From assembly GCA_963823665.1 (NCBI GenBank), contig CAWGMQ010000004.1:1568001-1632000 (forward strand): 64,000 nucleotides of DNA, read 5' to 3'. Under the pieces are notes generated by a model, which worked only from the letters and a program-made list of their open reading frames with translations, was not told the origin of the DNA and did not search any database. Made by a program: the position numbers and the translations under genes. This document shows, piece by piece, positions 60,695-64,000 of this stretch. Within the stretch, counting starts at the first letter, position 1. Each line of letters begins with the position of its first letter. Origin of the DNA: an uncultured Planctomycetota bacterium (GTDB taxonomy: Bacteria; Planctomycetota; Planctomycetia; Isosphaerales; Isosphaeraceae).

Positions 60695-63265
60695 TCACCT
60701 TCTCGGCAAACTCGAAGACCGGCCCTGAAATGGGTCTTCCGGCCAGGAATGCTTCGGATAGCGCCGGCGGAGATCTTTTCTGACCTGGTGGTACGTGGTT
60801 GTCCAGAAGCTCTTGAGGTCGTTCGTGATTTGTACGGGCCGATTGTTCGGGCCGAGAATGTGCAACAGGATGGGCACTCGCCCTCGGGCAACTCGCGGGG
60901 TTTCCGACCAGCCGAAAAGCTCTTGCAGACGCACGGCGAGGATTGGCGGCCGGCCTGGCTCATAAGCGAGTCGAGCCTGTCGCGTGCTGGGCAGGGAAAC
61001 GACCTGGGGCGCGCTCTCGTGCAACTCTCGGTTCTGAGCCGCGTTCAACCGGCCTTGCAAGAACGGAACGAGATCGGTTCGCTCGACCTCGTCAAGCCGT
61101 GATTTTCCTCGGCAGACCGACTCCAGTATCTCGCCGAGCACGTCGTCATCGAACGTGGGCCAGTTGAGTTCCGGCACCGCTCGGCTGACGAATTCGATTC
61201 GTGAGAGGAATTGTGCGGCCGCCGGGTTTTTCCGGAAAAACTCAGCAGCTTGCGGGTGAAGCGCTTCGATAAGATGCGATCCAGCCTGCTCAGACTCAGT
61301 GACAGCACCCGTGTCTTCTCGAAGAAGCAAGTCGTGATACCAGAGCTGGGTCGTGCTGACGACGCGCCGTCGCGATTCGTCGTATCGGGTCAACCGCTCA
61401 CGGCGAAGCTGAGCGGGAAAAAGCTCCTCGACCCATTCGAGCCGGACCATGCTCGCGAGCTTCACTTGTGCGTCGACCCGGGGGCCACGCCGATCCTCAC
61501 GCGCATCAATGGCAACAAAGAACTCGGCATCGCGAACGACGGATTCAGGAGCAAGGCAGACACCACGGCCGCCCACCATCACGCCCGTCCCGGGTGTGTG
61601 ACGGCGCCGGACGAGCCGATCCGGGTAAGCCAGCAGAATCCACTTGAGCAAATCCGCGTCGTCCTCGATGTTGTCCCGCGGCACGATCTCCGGCTTGAGC
61701 GCGGTACGATGACGGAGCAAATCGTCACGCAGCCTGGCAACCTGGTGTGCGGCCGCGTGATCGATGCCCCGACTCCGTAATGAGGGCGCGAACCGGGCTG
61801 CCAGCGCCTCGTCCAGCAGATCGAGGCGGTCAAAGATGTCAGACGCGGCATTCACGGCGCGCTCGCGGGCCGTCTGGCTGCGCGGCTGGCCAGGCTGTTG
61901 ACTGAGCCGGATGTCTTTCTCGGAAAGAAGAGCGGCGATCGAAGCACCCTCACGGGCGCGGCCGCACTCGCTCGCCGCGATGAACAGACGCGCCAGCCGC
62001 GGATGGACCGGCAAACCCAGCATGGCTTGCCCGAGCGCCGTGATTCGAGGGGATTCACCGGCGAGCGCCCCCAGAAGCAGAAGCAATCGCTCAGCCTCGG
62101 CCAGCCTTTCCGGTTTCGGAGCATCGAACCACTCGAATTGCGCGGGGTCGCGAACGCCCCAGGCATGGAGCGCAAGAACGGTGCTCGAGAGGTCGACGAG
62201 GTGAATTTCAGGCTGTTCAAACTCCGGCCGGCCACGGTGCTCGCGCTCGGACCACAGCCGAATGCACGTCCCCGGCGCTGTACGGCCGGCCCGACCGGCG
62301 CGCTGGTCAGCCGACGCGCGACTGATCCGGATTGTTTCCCAGTGGTCCATGCCCCTGGCGCCGTCGTAACGGACAGTCCGCGCCAGACCGCTGTCAAGCA
62401 CGGTGGTAACACCCTCGATCGTGAGCGAGGTCTCCGCGACGTTTGTGCTCAGAATGATCTTGCGGCGATCGCTCGGCCGCAGCGCGCGATCCTGTTCTTC
62501 AGCCGGCAAGGAACCGTGTAACGGAAGCACAACGGCATCAAAGCGCGCGGCGGCCGGCTCGAGACGTCTCGCGAGGCGCCGTATCTCTGCCATTCCCGGC
62601 AGAAAAACCAGCACGTGGCCCGTGGCCCCTCCCTTCAACAGCTCTTCTTCGATCAGGGGTGCGATTTGCTCCGCGTCAGCCGGCCGGTTGATGGGTCGGT
62701 ATTGCACGGTTACAGGGTGTACTCCCCCGTCGACTCGAACAATCGGGCAGGCGTCCAGATAATTCGAGACCGCCTCGGCGTCCAGAGTCGCCGACATCAC
62801 CATCAGGATCAAGTCCGGGCGCACGGTCTGGCGCACCTGTCGCAGAAAGGCCAGTGCCAGGTCGCTATTCAGGTTGCGCTCGTGAAACTCGTCGAGCACG
62901 ACCGCACCGATCTTTTCCAGAAACGCGTCCGCCAGGAGCTGCCGTGTCAGCACGCCTTCCGTGACGAATCTCAATCGTGTGCGCTTCGAGAACCGTCGTT
63001 CGAATCGAATCTGAAAGCCGACCTCCTCGCCCAGAATCCAGCCGCGTTCCGCAGCGATTCTTGCCGCGCTCGCGCGGGCCGCGACTCGCCTGGGCTGGAG
63101 CACGATCACGGATGGATACTCGGCCGTCAGCAGCCCCGATTGCAGGATCGCCGGCGGCACCCGTGTCGTCTTGCCGGAGCCTGGGGGCGCTACCAGGACC
63201 AGTGACCGCCCCGAAAGTCGATCGATGATCTCCGGAAGGCTCGAATCAACTGGAAGCGGGTCCAT
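60695..63265 (-). CDS. hrpB: ATP-dependent helicase HrpB
   Basis: APPGSGKTT, DEFHER, MSATL, TNVAETSLTI, QRAGRAGR, RLQELFG, YPKHSWPEDP. Confidence 0.95.
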   Translation of the reverse strand: MDPLPVDSSLPEIIDRLSGRSLVLVAPPGSGKTTRVPPAILQSGLLTAEYPSVIVLQPRRVAARASAARIAAERGWILGEEVGFQIRFERRFSKRTRLRFVTEGVLTRQLLADAFLEKIGAVVLDEFHERNLNSDLALAFLRQVRQTVRPDLILMVMSATLDAEAVSNYLDACPIVRVDGGVHPVTVQYRPINRPADAEQIAPLIEEELLKGGATGHVLVFLPGMAEIRRLARRLEPAAARFDAVVLPLHGSLPAEEQDRALRPSDRRKIILSTNVAETSLTIEGVTTVLDSGLARTVRYDGARGMDHWETIRISRASADQRAGRAGRTAPGTCIRLWSEREHRGRPEFEQPEIHLVDLSSTVLALHAWGVRDPAQFEWFDAPKPERLAEAERLLLLLGALAGESPRITALGQAMLGLPVHPRLARLFIAASECGRAREGASIAALLSEKDIRLSQQPGQPRSQTARERAVNAASDIFDRLDLLDEALAARFAPSLRSRGIDHAAAHQVARLRDDLLRHRTALKPEIVPRDNIEDDADLLKWILLAYPDRLVRRRHTPGTGVMVGGRGVCLAPESVVRDAEFFVAIDAREDRRGPRVDAQVKLASMVRLEWVEELFPAQLRRERLTRYDESRRRVVSTTQLWYHDLLLREDTGAVTESEQAGSHLIEALHPQAAEFFRKNPAAAQFLSRIEFVSRAVPELNWPTFDDDVLGEILESVCRGKSRLDEVERTDLVPFLQGRLNAAQNRELHESAPQVVSLPSTRQARLAYEPGRPPILAVRLQELFGWSETPRVARGRVPILLHILGPNNRPVQITNDLKSFWTTTYHQVRKDLRRRYPKHSWPEDPFQGRSSSLPRR

Positions 63266-63390
63266 CGGCTGCTCGTTCGGTGCCCCTGATCGATTCGGCT
63301 CGCCGGCGGGCGCGCTGCGAGTGCTCCCACAGGCGTGCATTCCGCGCGCTCACCAAGGGCTTCCATCAGACTCGTGCCGGCGATGGCTTG

Positions 63391-64000
63391 TCAAATCGCG
63401 GTCGGAAGTATCGACGTCTTGGCTGGGATCATCGGCCCGCCGGGATTGACAGCCGCCGCCGCGGCCGCTTTTGCGGCCGCGTTGTGTTTGTTCTTCAGGG
63501 TCGCCTTGAAATCGCCCCCCTTGAGGAAGCGATCGGGTATCGGGACCAGGTGGCCGTCGATGAACTTGTAGAATGTCCCGCCCGGCGGCAGCGTATTGAG
63601 CAAGGCCGTACGCCGGCGCGGCTTGCCGGCGAAGATGATGGTCGTTGCCTTGCTGGGCTTGAACTTGACCTTGCCGGCCAGGCCGATGAGCTGGTTCGGA
63701 CCCGGGCCGCCGATCAGCGTCGTGTGCCCGAACCAGCCGTGTTCGCGGGTCGGCGCGCCCCCGCCCGTCAGGAACGCGACGTTGCCGTGCCCACTATCGA
63801 TCGTGGTCGCGACCTTCACGCTCGGATCGATGACGATCTGGTTCCGCGCCGTGCGCCCGCCGAAGACGATGATCCGGTTGATGTCGTCGATCCCGGGCTG
63901 GGTCGAGTCAAGCTCTCCGTTGATATTCACCTGAATCACGGCTCCGCCATTGGCCGAGGCGTCCGCGACCTGAGCGACGAAGATATGGTTCTTTCCGTGA
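63391..64000 (-). CDS. C-terminal part of a probable exported protein (starts beyond the window)
   Basis: Open frame to the window edge; GC3-rich; LTGGG...GWFG.TTLIGGPG.NQLIG beta-type segment. Confidence 0.7.
   Translation of the reverse strand, partial: HGKNHIFVAQVADASANGGAVIQVNINGELDSTQPGIDDINRIIVFGGRTARNQIVIDPSVKVATTIDSGHGNVAFLTGGGAPTREHGWFGHTTLIGGPGPNQLIGLAGKVKFKPSKATTIIFAGKPRRRTALLNTLPPGGTFYKFIDGHLVPIPDRFLKGGDFKATLKNKHNAAAKAAAAAAVNPGGPMIPAKTSILPTAI

Noticed and set aside
1..64000. tRNA, rRNA or known riboswitch
   Set aside because: No cloverleaf, T-loop context or recognisable conserved core found by eye; tRNAscan-SE and Infernal would be decisive.

Overview
High-GC bacterial DNA, very likely a planctomycete of the Isosphaeraceae type. 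This is an inference from two giant proteins with the 'R-rich...LE.R' export motif, ECF sigma/Ser-Thr kinase pairs and planctomycete-style REP repeats. The core genes are recQ, an HTTM gene pair, a large disordered membrane protein, nadB, an HD protein, a sugar-binding protein, rtcB, uvrA, rnhA, lexA, a PIG-L deacetylase, accD, a histidine phosphatase, a NUDIX-like protein, an alpha/beta hydrolase and hrpB. Many carry single-base frameshifts that are probably long-read errors. Accessory stretches (7.4-16.5 kb, 45.5-49.7 kb, 58.8-60.6 kb) hold a complete IS66, an IS1182-like element with a 6-bp target duplication, two REP-associated tyrosine transposase remnants, an integrase remnant, an orphan RHS-tip/immunity remnant and a small PII-like-fold + ribbon-helix-helix gene pair. 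The most striking unannotated signal is a ~430-bp non-coding element present twice in opposite orientation: 13582-14008 (+), and 46668-49190 (-) where it is split by an IS and its core is duplicated. Copy A directly precedes a function-unknown 'QIAANRRN...STGP' gene whose 3' part carries frame-independent AAACGAAGCCAATT repeats. Together these suggest an undescribed mobile or RNA-based module. No rRNA, tRNA or CRISPR array was seen. Family names come from motif recognition by eye, not from database searches.
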